From positions 1 through 58,859 of the forward strand of contig JAFRFO010000044.1 of assembly GCA_017434295.1 (NCBI GenBank): a stretch of DNA of 58,859 bases, written 5' to 3'. Below the pieces are notes generated by a model. It saw nothing but the letters and a program-made list of their open reading frames with translations, did no database searches and was not told the DNA's origin. Every line of letters begins with the position of its first letter. Position 1 is the first letter of the stretch. Shown here in pieces: positions 30,458 through 40,428 of the stretch. Source of the stretch: Clostridia bacterium. Lineage in GTDB: Bacteria > Bacillota > Clostridia > TANB77 > CAG-508. The position numbers were made by a program, and so were the translations under genes.

Positions 30458-30489
30458 ATAAGCACCTCCTTGAACTTACTTCGAAGCAC

Positions 30490-30550
30490 AGGACTTTGAC
30501 CTTGTCATAAGTCCTAACCCCCTATGAGTTATGACGTGCCATCATAACTC
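30490..30550. promoter_or_regulatory. Candidate oriT (two inverted repeats upstream of the mob remnant)
   Basis: AGGACTT-N12-AAGTCCT (30490-30515) and GAGTTATGA-CGTGCCA-TCATAACTC (30526-30550). Confidence 0.4.
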
Positions 30551-30635
30551 GGGGCTCTGCGAGACAAATAAAAAAATCATCCAATTGCTTGAATGATTTT
30601 AGTCTATCTGCTGTTAGTTCGAACAGATACGTCAT

Positions 30636-30711
30636 TGGTGCTTCCAACGGGAATCGAACCCGTGACCTCAGCCTTACCAAGGCTGCACTCTACCTACTGA
30701 GCTATAGAAGC
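30636..30711 (-). tRNA. tRNA-Thr (anticodon GGT), CCA encoded
   Basis: Manual cloverleaf: GCTTCTA acceptor, anticodon arm CAGCC-TTGGTAA-GGCTG, T arm ACGGG-TTCGATT-CCCGT, 76 nt. Confidence 0.9.
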
Positions 30712-30885
30712 AAATAAATAGTTTTAGCAATTTAAAAATAAATTGACAACATTTTTGACAACTTTTTAAATATCAAACTAAAAGGTATTATATATTATCA
30801 TTTTAAAAAAGTAAATGATTTCTATTGACTTTTTTAAAAAAAAGCTATAAAATAATTATCAATAAGGAAAAAGTAAGTAAGAGAC

Positions 30886-31092
30886 GAGTAAAATAAAGGT
30901 TGCTTAAAGAGAGAATAGGTTATAAGCTGGAAACCTATTTAAGTAAACATATTTGAAAACTACCTCTTCACACTTTTGGCGAATAAACCAAACGGGTTAA
31001 GATACGTTATAATCTGTAAATTAAGATAATAATAGGATGGAACCGTGTTAATTACACTCCTATGAGTACAAAAACTCATAGGAGTTTTTTGT
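30886..31092 (+). promoter_or_regulatory. T-box leader (Thr specifier) controlling thrS
   Basis: AGAGA box in stem I. Specifier region GAAAACUACCUC (ACC at 30962-30964). T-box AATAGGATGGAACCGTG (31031-31047). Terminator ACTCCTATGAG-N8-CTCATAGGAGTTTTTT. Confidence 0.8.
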
Positions 31093-31159
31093 ATATTTCA
31101 AAAAAGATAAAAACGGTCAAACTAAACCCGGCACCAATGGCAATAAAGGAGGATTTTTT

Positions 31160-33079
31160 ATGATTAAACTTACATTAAAAGATGGTTCAATTATGGAAGT
31201 TGAACAAAAAACAACAATATTAGAGGTTGCTAAAAAAATTAGTGAAGGCTTAGCAAGAGTTGCAACATGTGGGACTGTAGATGGAAAAGTAGAAGATTTA
31301 AGATATGCTTTGGAAAAGGATTGTACATTAACAATAGAAACTTTTGACTCAAGTATTGATGGAAAAAAAGCATATTGGCATACAACTTCTCATATTATGG
31401 CACAAGCTGTTAAAAGATTATTCCCTGATGTTAAATTTGCAATAGGACCAGCAATTGATAATGGTTTCTATTATGATTTTGATGTGGAAAATCCATTTAC
31501 AGATGAAGATAAATTAAAAATAGAAGAAGAAATGAAAAAAATTATAAAAGAAGATATAGAAATAGAAAGATTTTCTCTTCCAAAGAAAGAAGCATTAAAA
31601 CTAATGGAAGGTCAAATTTATAAACAAGAATTAATCAATGAACTTCCAGAAGGTGAAGAAATTAGTTTTTATAAACAAGGAGATTTTACAGATTTATGTG
31701 CAGGTCCACACTTAGTTAGTACTGGAAAAGTTAAAGCTGTAAAAATTTTATCTTCATCTGGTGCATATTGGAGAGGAGACGAGCATAATAAAATGTTACA
31801 AAGGATTTATGCTATATCTTATCCAAAAGCAAGCCAGTTAGAAGAATATTTAAACTTATTAGAAGAAGCTAAACAAAGAGATCATAGAAAAATAGGTAAA
31901 GATTTAAGCTTATTTATGACACATCCATTAGTTGGTTCAGGACTCCCAATGTATTTACCAGATGGTGCAACAATTAGAAGATTGCTAGAAAGATATATTC
32001 AAGATAAAGAATTAAAGCTTGGATATTGGCATGTATATACACCATCACTTGCAAACGTTGATTTATACAAAACTTCAGGTCATTGGGATCACTATAAAGA
32101 TGATATGTTTCCGGTTATGAAAATGGAAAATGAAGAATTGGTTTTAAGACCAATGAACTGTCCACATCATATGTTAATTTATAAAAATGAAATGCGTTCA
32201 TATAGAGATTTACCAATAAAAATTGGTGAACTTGCAAATGACTTTAGATACGAATCAAGTGGAAGTGTTTGCGGACTAGAAAGAGTTCGTCAAATGTGTC
32301 AAAATGATGCTCACCTTTTTGTAAGACCAGACCAAATTAAAGAAGAAGTTGGAAAAGTATTAAATCTAATATTTGAAGTATATATGAAGGATTTTGGTTT
32401 CCCAGAATCAGCATTTTCATTTAGATTATCTTTAAGAGATAAAAATAATAAAGAAAAATATATAGATAATGATGAAATGTGGGAAACAGCTGAAAGTCAA
32501 TTAAGACAAATTTTAAAAGATTTAAATATTGATTTTTACGAGGCAGAAGGAGAAGCAGCCTTCTATGGACCAAAAATTGATATCCAAATAAAAACTGCAT
32601 TAAATCATGACGTAACAATTCCAACATGTCAATTAGACTTTGCTTTACCAGAAAGATTTGATTTGACTTATATTGGAGAAGATGGAAAAGAACATAGACC
32701 AGTTGTAATACATAGAGCAATATTAGGTTCTTCTGATAGATTTATTTCATTCCTAATTGAAGAAACAAAAGGAGCGTTCCCAGTATGGCTAGCACCAACA
32801 CAAGTAAAAATTTTACCAATTAGTGAAAAACAATATGATTATTGTAATGAAATAAAAGAAAAATTACAAGCAGAAGGAATAAGAGTAAAATTTGATGATA
32901 GAAACGAAAAAGTAGGATATAAAATTCGTGAAGCTCAAATGCAAAAAGTCCCATTTATGCTTGTTGTAGGAGATAAAGAAAAAGAAGGAAATCTTGTTGC
33001 TGTACGTTCTCGTGAAGATGGGGATATTGGGGTAATGAGTCTTTCTAAATTTGTCTCTGAATTCTTAAATATTAAATAA
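31160..33079 (+). CDS. thrS: Threonine-tRNA ligase
   Basis: TGS N-terminal domain, 'HTTSHIMAQAV' editing domain, class II core 'RPMNCPHH', 'FRYESSGSVCGLERVR', 'HRAILGS'. Confidence 0.95.
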   Translation: MIKLTLKDGSIMEVEQKTTILEVAKKISEGLARVATCGTVDGKVEDLRYALEKDCTLTIETFDSSIDGKKAYWHTTSHIMAQAVKRLFPDVKFAIGPAIDNGFYYDFDVENPFTDEDKLKIEEEMKKIIKEDIEIERFSLPKKEALKLMEGQIYKQELINELPEGEEISFYKQGDFTDLCAGPHLVSTGKVKAVKILSSSGAYWRGDEHNKMLQRIYAISYPKASQLEEYLNLLEEAKQRDHRKIGKDLSLFMTHPLVGSGLPMYLPDGATIRRLLERYIQDKELKLGYWHVYTPSLANVDLYKTSGHWDHYKDDMFPVMKMENEELVLRPMNCPHHMLIYKNEMRSYRDLPIKIGELANDFRYESSGSVCGLERVRQMCQNDAHLFVRPDQIKEEVGKVLNLIFEVYMKDFGFPESAFSFRLSLRDKNNKEKYIDNDEMWETAESQLRQILKDLNIDFYEAEGEAAFYGPKIDIQIKTALNHDVTIPTCQLDFALPERFDLTYIGEDGKEHRPVVIHRAILGSSDRFISFLIEETKGAFPVWLAPTQVKILPISEKQYDYCNEIKEKLQAEGIRVKFDDRNEKVGYKIREAQMQKVPFMLVVGDKEKEGNLVAVRSREDGDIGVMSLSKFVSEFLNIK

Positions 33080-33104
33080 TAAAAATTTATTAGGAGGAAT
33101 AAAA

Positions 33105-34196
33105 ATGAAATTAGGAATTGTAGGACTTCCAAATGTTGGAAAGAGTACATTATTTAATAGTATAACAAAAGCAGGAGCTGAATGTGCAAATTATCCTTTT
33201 TGTACAATTGAACCAAATGTAGGCGTAGTGCCAGTTCCAGATGAAAGGCTAGATGACTTAACAAAAATGTATAATCCACAAAAAACAACTCATGCAATAA
33301 TAGAATTTGTTGATATTGCAGGACTTGTTAAAGGGGCAAGTAAAGGAGAAGGCCTTGGAAACAAGTTTTTATCACATATTCGTGAAACAGATGCAATAGT
33401 AGAAGTAGTTAGATGTTTTGAAAATGCAAATGTTGTGCATGTAGATGGAAGTATTGATCCTTTAAGAGATATAGAAACAATAAATTTAGAATTAATTTTT
33501 GCAGATATAGAGACAGTTGACAAAAGACTAGATAAAGCAAGAAAAAATTTAAAAGCAGACAAAAAATATCAAGCAGAAATAGATTTATTAGAAAGAATCA
33601 AACAAAATTTAGAAAATGGTGTATCTGCTAGAGCTCTTGATTATAATGAAGATGAAAAAGAATTAGTAAAAGATATGTTTTTATTAACAACAAAGCCAAT
33701 TCTTTATGTAGCAAATGTTTCAGAAGAACAATTAGAAGATGCTGAAAATGATGAAAATGTTAAAAAGGTAAAGGAATATGCTAAAAAAGAACATGCAGAA
33801 GTAATTCCACTTTGCGTTAAAATAGAAGAAGAATTATCAGGTTTAGATGATGAAGATAAAAAAGAAATGTTAGAAGCATTAGGACAAGAAGAATCAGGCT
33901 TAGATAAAGTAATAAAAAAGAGTTATGATTTATTAGGACTAATGTCATTCTTAACTGCAGGAGAGCCAGAAGTTAGAGCATGGACTATAAAGAAAGGTAC
34001 AAAAGCACCACAAGCAGCTGGAAAAATACACTCAGATATTGAAAGAGGATTTATAAAAGCAGAAGTAGTGTCATATACTGACTTAATGAAAGAAGGTTCG
34101 ATGGTTGCAGCACGTGAAAAAGGATTAGTTCGTTCTGAAGGAAAAGAATATGTAATGCAAGATGGAGATATAGTTTTATTTAAGTTTAATGTGTAA
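33105..34196 (+). CDS. ychF: Redox-regulated ATPase YchF
   Basis: 'GIVGLPNVGKSTLFN', 'DIAGLVKGASKGEGLGN', C-terminal TGS 'RAWTIKKGTKAPQAAGKIHSD'. Confidence 0.92.
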   Translation: MKLGIVGLPNVGKSTLFNSITKAGAECANYPFCTIEPNVGVVPVPDERLDDLTKMYNPQKTTHAIIEFVDIAGLVKGASKGEGLGNKFLSHIRETDAIVEVVRCFENANVVHVDGSIDPLRDIETINLELIFADIETVDKRLDKARKNLKADKKYQAEIDLLERIKQNLENGVSARALDYNEDEKELVKDMFLLTTKPILYVANVSEEQLEDAENDENVKKVKEYAKKEHAEVIPLCVKIEEELSGLDDEDKKEMLEALGQEESGLDKVIKKSYDLLGLMSFLTAGEPEVRAWTIKKGTKAPQAAGKIHSDIERGFIKAEVVSYTDLMKEGSMVAAREKGLVRSEGKEYVMQDGDIVLFKFNV

Positions 34197-34409
34197 TGAA
34201 ATTGTAATATTTTTGTAACAAAAAAGTTAAATACAAAAAATATAAAAGAACTTGACGAAAATAAAAATAAAGTTTAAAATAATAATAGAAGCAAAAGAAA
34301 ATTAAAAATATATTTCTTAAATACTTGCAAAACAGCAAAAATAATGGTATAATAACCGTTGATTGATAAATAATAATAGAAATATATTATTAAAAAGGAG
34401 AAATAGATT

Positions 34410-34808
34410 ATGAAAAAGAATTTAATTAAAGGATTATTATTAATAGTTTTAAGTGTAGTTTTAGTAGGAACTAATTCAGTATTTGCTGCTGATACTTCAG
34501 GTATTGATGAATTACTAGATGTAACAGATATACCAACTACAACAAGTACAGATACACCTAGCACAACTACATCAACACCATCAACATCAACTGAAAAAAA
34601 GGAAGAAGTAACTACAGGTAATTCAAGTGTATATAATAATACAACTACACCAACACCAACACAAACAACTACAACTGAAAAGAAAGATGATAAATCATTA
34701 TCAAAAGCAGGATTAGAAGATTCATTACCAATGGTAGCATTAATAGCTGTATTTGGAATATCTGCAATAGTTGCTTTTAAGAAAATAAAAGAATATAAAA
34801 ATGTTTAA
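34410..34808 (+). CDS. Thr-rich secreted protein with C-terminal sorting-signal architecture
   Basis: Signal peptide, a T/S/P-rich spacer, then 'LSKAG'-hydrophobic segment-'KKIKEYKNV'. Confidence 0.55.
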   Translation: MKKNLIKGLLLIVLSVVLVGTNSVFAADTSGIDELLDVTDIPTTTSTDTPSTTTSTPSTSTEKKEEVTTGNSSVYNNTTTPTPTQTTTTEKKDDKSLSKAGLEDSLPMVALIAVFGISAIVAFKKIKEYKNV

Positions 34809-34832
34809 AATATGTTTAAAAGAAAGCTTTAT

Positions 34833-35498
34833 TTAAGAGCTTTCTTTTTTTGCTTTAATAATCAGTCTTTTATTATTATAATTTGTACATGTAACAAGAG
34901 TCAATTCATAATCATAGTTTCTATTAATAGCAGAAGAATAAGCAACATCTTCTGAAACTTCGAATTTATCAAAAACAGTATAATAAAATAGATTATTATT
35001 TAAATCTTCTATTATAATTTTATCTTTAATATTTATATCTTTTAGTTTTCCAAAAAATCTATCATCATTATAATTGTGCCCTAAAATGCATAAGTTACCA
35101 TCGCTGCTATTAAGGTCGTTATTTTTGTCAGTGTCAAAAATAACGTGGGATTTTGGCAGTGGTATTTTGCCATAAAACCTACATGGCGAAATTTTCAAAA
35201 GCTCATCAGAAAATCCATAAAAAAATGGATAGTTTATATTTATTTTTGGAATAATAATATTACCATAAAAATCATAATCTTTTAATAAAATGTTATTATC
35301 ATTTTTTTCAGCAAATAGCTTATATATTTTGTAATTATTACCAATGCTTTTAGATAGCTCTTTTTGATGATTATTATTAATTATATCAGAAATAATAATA
35401 CAAAATAAAACTAATATCGAAATTATTGAAATAGTTAAGATAATAACATATTTTTTAATTTTAGCATTTTTACTACTTGTTTCTAAAATTTGATTCAT
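34833..35498 (-). CDS. Sortase-family transpeptidase
   Basis: N-terminal TM segment. Catalytic 'LCILGHNY' (His), 'LTLVTCTN' (Cys), 'KRLIIKA' (Arg). Confidence 0.75.
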   Translation of the reverse strand: MNQILETSSKNAKIKKYVIILTISIISILVLFCIIISDIINNNHQKELSKSIGNNYKIYKLFAEKNDNNILLKDYDFYGNIIIPKININYPFFYGFSDELLKISPCRFYGKIPLPKSHVIFDTDKNNDLNSSDGNLCILGHNYNDDRFFGKLKDINIKDKIIIEDLNNNLFYYTVFDKFEVSEDVAYSSAINRNYDYELTLVTCTNYNNKRLIIKAKKESS

Positions 35499-35773
35499 AA
35501 GCATTCCTTTTTATAGCTTTGTTAATTTTAAACAAAGTTAAATTATTAATAAAATATTTTTTTTAGTTTTCTCTTATTGCAAAAATATATAAAAGAAAAA
35601 AATTCAATTTTTTGAAGATGATGCTAAAATAATAATTAAGCATCACATATATAAGTTATATTTTTTTGTTTTTTTTGAACAACAATCATAACTTGATATT
35701 TTAGTTAATTTTTTATATAATAATAAAAAAATTTTAAACTATTGTATAATATAAAATATAAAGGATGATGTTT

Positions 35774-36628
35774 ATGTTACAAATTAAATGTTCAAGTCAT
35801 GGAGCAGAATTAACAAGTATAAAGCTAGATGGTAAAGAAATGTTACATCAGGGAAATGAAGTGTTAGATGAAAATGGTAAAGCTTTTTGGGGAAGACATG
35901 CACCTATTTTATTTCCAATTGTTGGTAAGCTTAAAGATAATAAAACAATTATTAATGGAAAAACTTATGAAATGACTCAACACGGATTTGCAAGAGATAT
36001 GGATTTTGAAGAAATAGAGAAAAAAGAAAATTATCATAAATTTTTATTAAAAACTACTAATGAAACACTAAAAAAGTATCCTTTTGAATTCGAACTAACA
36101 GTTGAATATTATATAAATAACAATGAATTAAAAACCAAATATACTGTAATAAATAGAGATAATAAAGAGATGCCATTTGGACTTGGTGGACATCCAGCAT
36201 TTATTTGTGATTATAGTACAGGTGATTATGAATTACAATTTGAGAACAAAGAGGATAAAATAGAATTCTATAAATTACAAGAAGGTTTAATAAAAGAGAA
36301 ACCAGAACAAAGCATTTTAAAAGATAATAAAATTGAATTAACAAAAGATATTTTTAATGAAGATGCAATAATTATGAAAAATATTAATTCTAATATAGTA
36401 ACTTTGTTTAATAGTAGTACAAATACTAAACTTTTTGAATTTAATTTTAAAGGATTTCCATATCTTGCAATTTGGTCAAAGCCAGGAGCACCATTTGTAT
36501 GCATAGAACCATGGCAAAATCACACAGATAGTGTGAGTTCAAACGGAGTATTTGTTGAAAAAGAAAGTATTACAAAACTAAAACCTGGAGAAGAATTTAG
36601 TTGTGATTATAAAGTAAGATTTTTTTAG
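35774..36628 (+). CDS. Aldose 1-epimerase family protein (LacX-like)
   Basis: 'WGRHAPILFPIVGKLKDN', 'HGFARD', 'GGHPAF', 'CIEPW'. Confidence 0.8.
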   Translation: MLQIKCSSHGAELTSIKLDGKEMLHQGNEVLDENGKAFWGRHAPILFPIVGKLKDNKTIINGKTYEMTQHGFARDMDFEEIEKKENYHKFLLKTTNETLKKYPFEFELTVEYYINNNELKTKYTVINRDNKEMPFGLGGHPAFICDYSTGDYELQFENKEDKIEFYKLQEGLIKEKPEQSILKDNKIELTKDIFNEDAIIMKNINSNIVTLFNSSTNTKLFEFNFKGFPYLAIWSKPGAPFVCIEPWQNHTDSVSSNGVFVEKESITKLKPGEEFSCDYKVRFF

Positions 36629-36742
36629 TGCATTATGTGCTTTAATAAAAATAATTACAAAAATAATTAAATTGTATAGATTTTTTAAACAAAATGAATT
36701 ATAATATATTTGTAATTATAATGATATGAGGAGAATAAAGAA

Positions 36743-37018
36743 ATGGTTTATGAATTTGCAAAATATCCAGATGAAACTTTAGTAGTTTTTTCAGATATTA
36801 GAAAAAAGGATAATGGAGAAGAATATATACATGTTACTTTTGAAAGACCAATGGATTATGGATTTGATACTGTTGTGTTTGAACTTCCTAGTTATGAAAT
36901 AGTAGAACAAGATGGACATTTTTCAGATGAAGAAATCCAAGAATTTAGAGAAACTGTTGAAAAAGGAGCACATTTATTTTTTAAATATGCTAGACAAGGA
37001 GGTCTTAAATTTGCCTAA
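36743..37018 (+). CDS. Hypothetical protein (91 aa)
   Basis: RBS GAGGAGAA. No family recognised. Confidence 0.45.
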   Translation: MVYEFAKYPDETLVVFSDIRKKDNGEEYIHVTFERPMDYGFDTVVFELPSYEIVEQDGHFSDEEIQEFRETVEKGAHLFFKYARQGGLKFA

Positions 37019-37119
37019 TATTTTAGAAGTAATGCGGATACAAAATATATTTTTGGTCAAATGAAATAAATGAACCAATACATGTACATATTTCAAAAGG
37101 AAAGAAAAATATGGTATAG
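37011..37119 (+). pseudogene. Truncated DUF4160-family ORF; needs a +1 change at CGG 37035-37037
   Basis: TTG 37011 after GGAGG. Skipping the C at 37035 gives 'MPNILEVMGYKIYFWSNEINEPIHVHISKG', the DUF4160 N-terminal signature. The ORF then stops early. Confidence 0.45.
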
Positions 37120-37185
37120 ATGCAATAAAATTTTATTGTTAATAAATAATAATTGGCATATTCGATTTATAAGGAGAAATAATTT

Positions 37186-39855
37186 ATGAGTAAAAAACAA
37201 TTAGAAGGAAAGTATAATCCACAAGAATTTGAAGATGAATTATACAAAAGTTGGGAAGAAAAAGGCTATTTTAAGCCAACAGATAATAAAGATAAAGAAA
37301 ACTATTGTATAATGATGCCACCACCAAACGTAACAGGAAAATTACATATGGGGCATGCATTAGATGATACAATTCAAGATATATTAATACGTTTTAAAAG
37401 AATGCAAGGATATAACACATTGTGGCTTCCAGGTTCAGACCATGCTGCAATTTCAACAGAAATGAAAGTTGTTCAAAAACTAAGAGATGAAGGAAAAACA
37501 AAACAAGATTTAGGAAGAGAAAAATTCCTAGAAGAAACTTGGGATTGGACTCATAAATACGGTGGAATAATTCAAAAACAACAACGTAAATTGGGCTGTT
37601 CATGTGATTGGGAAAGAAACAGATTTACTATGGACGAAGGCATGAGTGACGCTGTTTTAGAACAATTTATAAAATTATATGAAGAAGGCCTAATATATAA
37701 AGGAAAAAGAATGGTAAATTGGTGTACAAGTTGTAATACATCAATTTCTGATGCAGAAGTTGAATATAAAGAAGAACCATCACATTTATGGCATATAAGA
37801 TATAAAATTACGGGAACAGAAGATAAATTTATTACAGTTGCTACAACAAGACCAGAAACAATGCTAGGAGATACAGCAGTTGCAGTACATCCAGAAGATG
37901 AAAGATATAAAGACTTAGTTGGAAAAACATGTATTTTACCAATTATGAACAAAGAAATTCCAATAATAGCAGATGATTTTGTTGAAAAAGAATTTGGAAC
38001 AGGATGTGTTAAAATTACACCAGCACATGATATGAACGACTATCAAGCTGGCTTAAGACATAACTTGGAAATAGTAGAAGTATTTGATGAAAACTTTAAA
38101 ATGGGAAATCTAGTTCCAGAATATAAAGGAATGGACTTAATAGAAGCTCGTAAATTAATAGTAGAAAAACTAAAAGAAATAGGAGCTTTGGTAAAAGAAG
38201 AAGAATATACTCATAATGTTGCAAAATGTGAAAGATGTAAACATACAATAGAACCAAAAATCTCAACACAATGGTTTGTAAACATGAAAGATATGGCAAA
38301 AAGAGCAGCAGATAGTTGTAGAAATAACGAAATGAGATTTGTGCCAAAAAGATATGAAAAACAATATTTTAACTGGTTAGATAATATACAAGATTGGTGT
38401 ATATCTCGTCAATTATGGTGGGGACATAGAATACCTGCATATTATTGTGAAGATTGTGGAGAAATTTATGTTGGAAAATCTATGCCAGAAAAATGCCCAA
38501 AATGTGGAAGTACAAAATTACATCAAGATGAGGATACATTAGATACATGGTTTAGTTCAGCATTATGGCCATTTTCAACACTAGGTTGGCCAAATGTAGA
38601 AAGTGAAGATTATAAAAAATTTTATCCAACAAATGTATTGGTTACAGGTTTTGATATTATAACCTTCTGGGTATCAAGAATGATGACACAAGGACTTAAA
38701 TTTACGGATGTACCACCATTTAAAGATGTTGTAGTACATGGTTTAGTACGTGATAGTCAAGGAAGAAAAATGTCTAAGACACTAGGAAACGGAATAGACC
38801 CAATGGATGTTATAGAAAAATATGGAGCAGACGCTTTAAGATTTTCTGTTATATCTGGAACTACAATGGGAAATGATATAAGATTCTTACCAGAAAAATT
38901 AGAGCAAGCATCAAACTTTGCAAATAAGATTTGGAATGCAGCAAAATTTATTACAAATTCATTAGTAGAAGAAGAAAAAATGAAACAATTCTACATGTCA
39001 AATGTAGATATGTCAACAGGAAGATTAAATGATAGTTGCTTAAAAATTGAAGACAAATGGATAATGAATAAAGCAAATACTTTAATTAAAGAAGTAACTA
39101 AAAATATGGATAATTACGAACTAGGTATTGCTTTAGATAAAATATATAGTTTTATTTGGAACGAATTCTGTGATTGGTATATAGAAATTGTAAAACCAAG
39201 ATTATATAGTGAAAGTGAAGAAGAAAAGGTATCAGTTTGCTTTACACTAGTTAATGTATTTGTAAATGCATTAAAATTATTACATCCATTTATGCCATTT
39301 ATCACATCAAAAATATATTCAACCATTATGGAAGATCCAAATGATATAATGATTACAAATTGGCCAATGGCAATGGATTCTTTTGGATATGATGAAGAAG
39401 AAAAAATAGTAGAAAACTTAAAAGAAATTATTACAGAAGTAAGAAATGTAAGAGCAAATATGAATATACATCCATCTAAAAAGACAGAATTAATATTTGT
39501 TTCAAACTTAGAAAAAGAATTAACAGAAGCAAAAGAATTTATTATAAAACTAGCTTTTGGAAATGACTTAAAAATTCAAACAAACAAAGATGGAATAAAA
39601 GATAATGCAATTAGTATAATAAAAGGAAACATTGAATTATATATTCCATTAGAGGGCTTAGTTGATATTGAAGAAGAAAAGAAAAGATTAGAAGCAGAAA
39701 AAACTAAATTAGAGGCAGAAGTTGCAAGATGTGAAAAAATGTTATCTAATCCAGGCTTTGTAAACAAAGCACCAGAAGCAAAAATAAATGAAGAAAAAGA
39801 AAAATTAGCTAAATATAAAGATATGTTAGCTACTGTAATAGAAAGATTGAAATAA
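37186..39855 (+). CDS. valS: Valine-tRNA ligase
   Basis: HIGH 'PPPNVTGKLHMGH', KMSKS 'KMSKTLGN', C-terminal coiled coil. Confidence 0.95.
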   Translation: MSKKQLEGKYNPQEFEDELYKSWEEKGYFKPTDNKDKENYCIMMPPPNVTGKLHMGHALDDTIQDILIRFKRMQGYNTLWLPGSDHAAISTEMKVVQKLRDEGKTKQDLGREKFLEETWDWTHKYGGIIQKQQRKLGCSCDWERNRFTMDEGMSDAVLEQFIKLYEEGLIYKGKRMVNWCTSCNTSISDAEVEYKEEPSHLWHIRYKITGTEDKFITVATTRPETMLGDTAVAVHPEDERYKDLVGKTCILPIMNKEIPIIADDFVEKEFGTGCVKITPAHDMNDYQAGLRHNLEIVEVFDENFKMGNLVPEYKGMDLIEARKLIVEKLKEIGALVKEEEYTHNVAKCERCKHTIEPKISTQWFVNMKDMAKRAADSCRNNEMRFVPKRYEKQYFNWLDNIQDWCISRQLWWGHRIPAYYCEDCGEIYVGKSMPEKCPKCGSTKLHQDEDTLDTWFSSALWPFSTLGWPNVESEDYKKFYPTNVLVTGFDIITFWVSRMMTQGLKFTDVPPFKDVVVHGLVRDSQGRKMSKTLGNGIDPMDVIEKYGADALRFSVISGTTMGNDIRFLPEKLEQASNFANKIWNAAKFITNSLVEEEKMKQFYMSNVDMSTGRLNDSCLKIEDKWIMNKANTLIKEVTKNMDNYELGIALDKIYSFIWNEFCDWYIEIVKPRLYSESEEEKVSVCFTLVNVFVNALKLLHPFMPFITSKIYSTIMEDPNDIMITNWPMAMDSFGYDEEEKIVENLKEIITEVRNVRANMNIHPSKKTELIFVSNLEKELTEAKEFIIKLAFGNDLKIQTNKDGIKDNAISIIKGNIELYIPLEGLVDIEEEKKRLEAEKTKLEAEVARCEKMLSNPGFVNKAPEAKINEEKEKLAKYKDMLATVIERLK

Positions 39856-39892
39856 ACGGTCAATTGGTTCCGGGTTTAAATTGACCGCTTTT
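39854..39892. repeat. GC-rich hairpin repeat (family D), bidirectional terminator
   Basis: CGGTCAATTGGTTCCGGGTTTAAATTGACCG. Near-identical at 44465-44495. A degenerate reverse copy lies at 31114-31140. Confidence 0.8.
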
Positions 39893-39989
39893 ATAAAAAA
39901 GAGCGCAGGTTTTTACACCTGCGCTCTTCCCGCTATCCCCTCACAGTTGCAAGAAGATAGCTATTCAGGGAGGAAGTGTTCATGAGGCG

Positions 39990-40220
39990 TTATGCATTTA
40001 CGCCTCCAAGGGCAATTACATCAGCCAAGAACACCTGATCGAACAAAGTACTACCATTTCTATGGCAGAACAATGTCCCTGCTTCTGATACTTTCATCTT
40101 AATGGAAGGGTATTTGCGTTCCATCCTAGACTTAGCAGCTAAAGCAGCTTCCTTGTTGACAAAATGATACTTTGCGTAATCATCCGTCAGTCTCTTGGGT
40201 TTCCGCTTGATATTATCCAT
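39990..40220 (-). CDS. Hypothetical 76-aa protein on a GC-rich single-gene cassette
   Basis: Own promoter TTGACC-17-TATTAT, RBS AAAGGAGGG, and terminator AAGAGCGCAGGT-N6-ACCTGCGCTCTTTTTT (39895-39928). Composition is clearly richer in G+C than the flanks. Confidence 0.5.
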   Translation of the reverse strand: MDNIKRKPKRLTDDYAKYHFVNKEAALAAKSRMERKYPSIKMKVSEAGTLFCHRNGSTLFDQVFLADVIALGGVNA

Positions 40221-40402
40221 ACGGAAAATCCCTCCTTTTGATTATTATACAATCCCTACTTTGAGGAAAAGTACTTCTATATAATAGCATAGAAATTCTT
40301 ATAGGTCAACAGTAAAGAAGAGATTTTTTAGAAAAAGTTGTAATAATTCTATACTTAATAATTATTTTTAAGGATAATATAAAAGAATAAAAATAGAAAA
40401 AA

Positions 40403-40428
40403 TGTCGAAAACTTCTTATACTTCGACA
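40403..40428. promoter_or_regulatory. Inverted pair of Spo0A boxes upstream of the spoIIA operon
   Basis: TGTCGAA (40403-40409) and TTCGACA (40422-40428); consensus is TGNCGAA. Confidence 0.5.

Noticed and set aside
37020-37185. T-box leader upstream of valS
   Set aside because: No T-box motif, specifier loop or terminator could be found. The space is occupied by the DUF4160 remnant.
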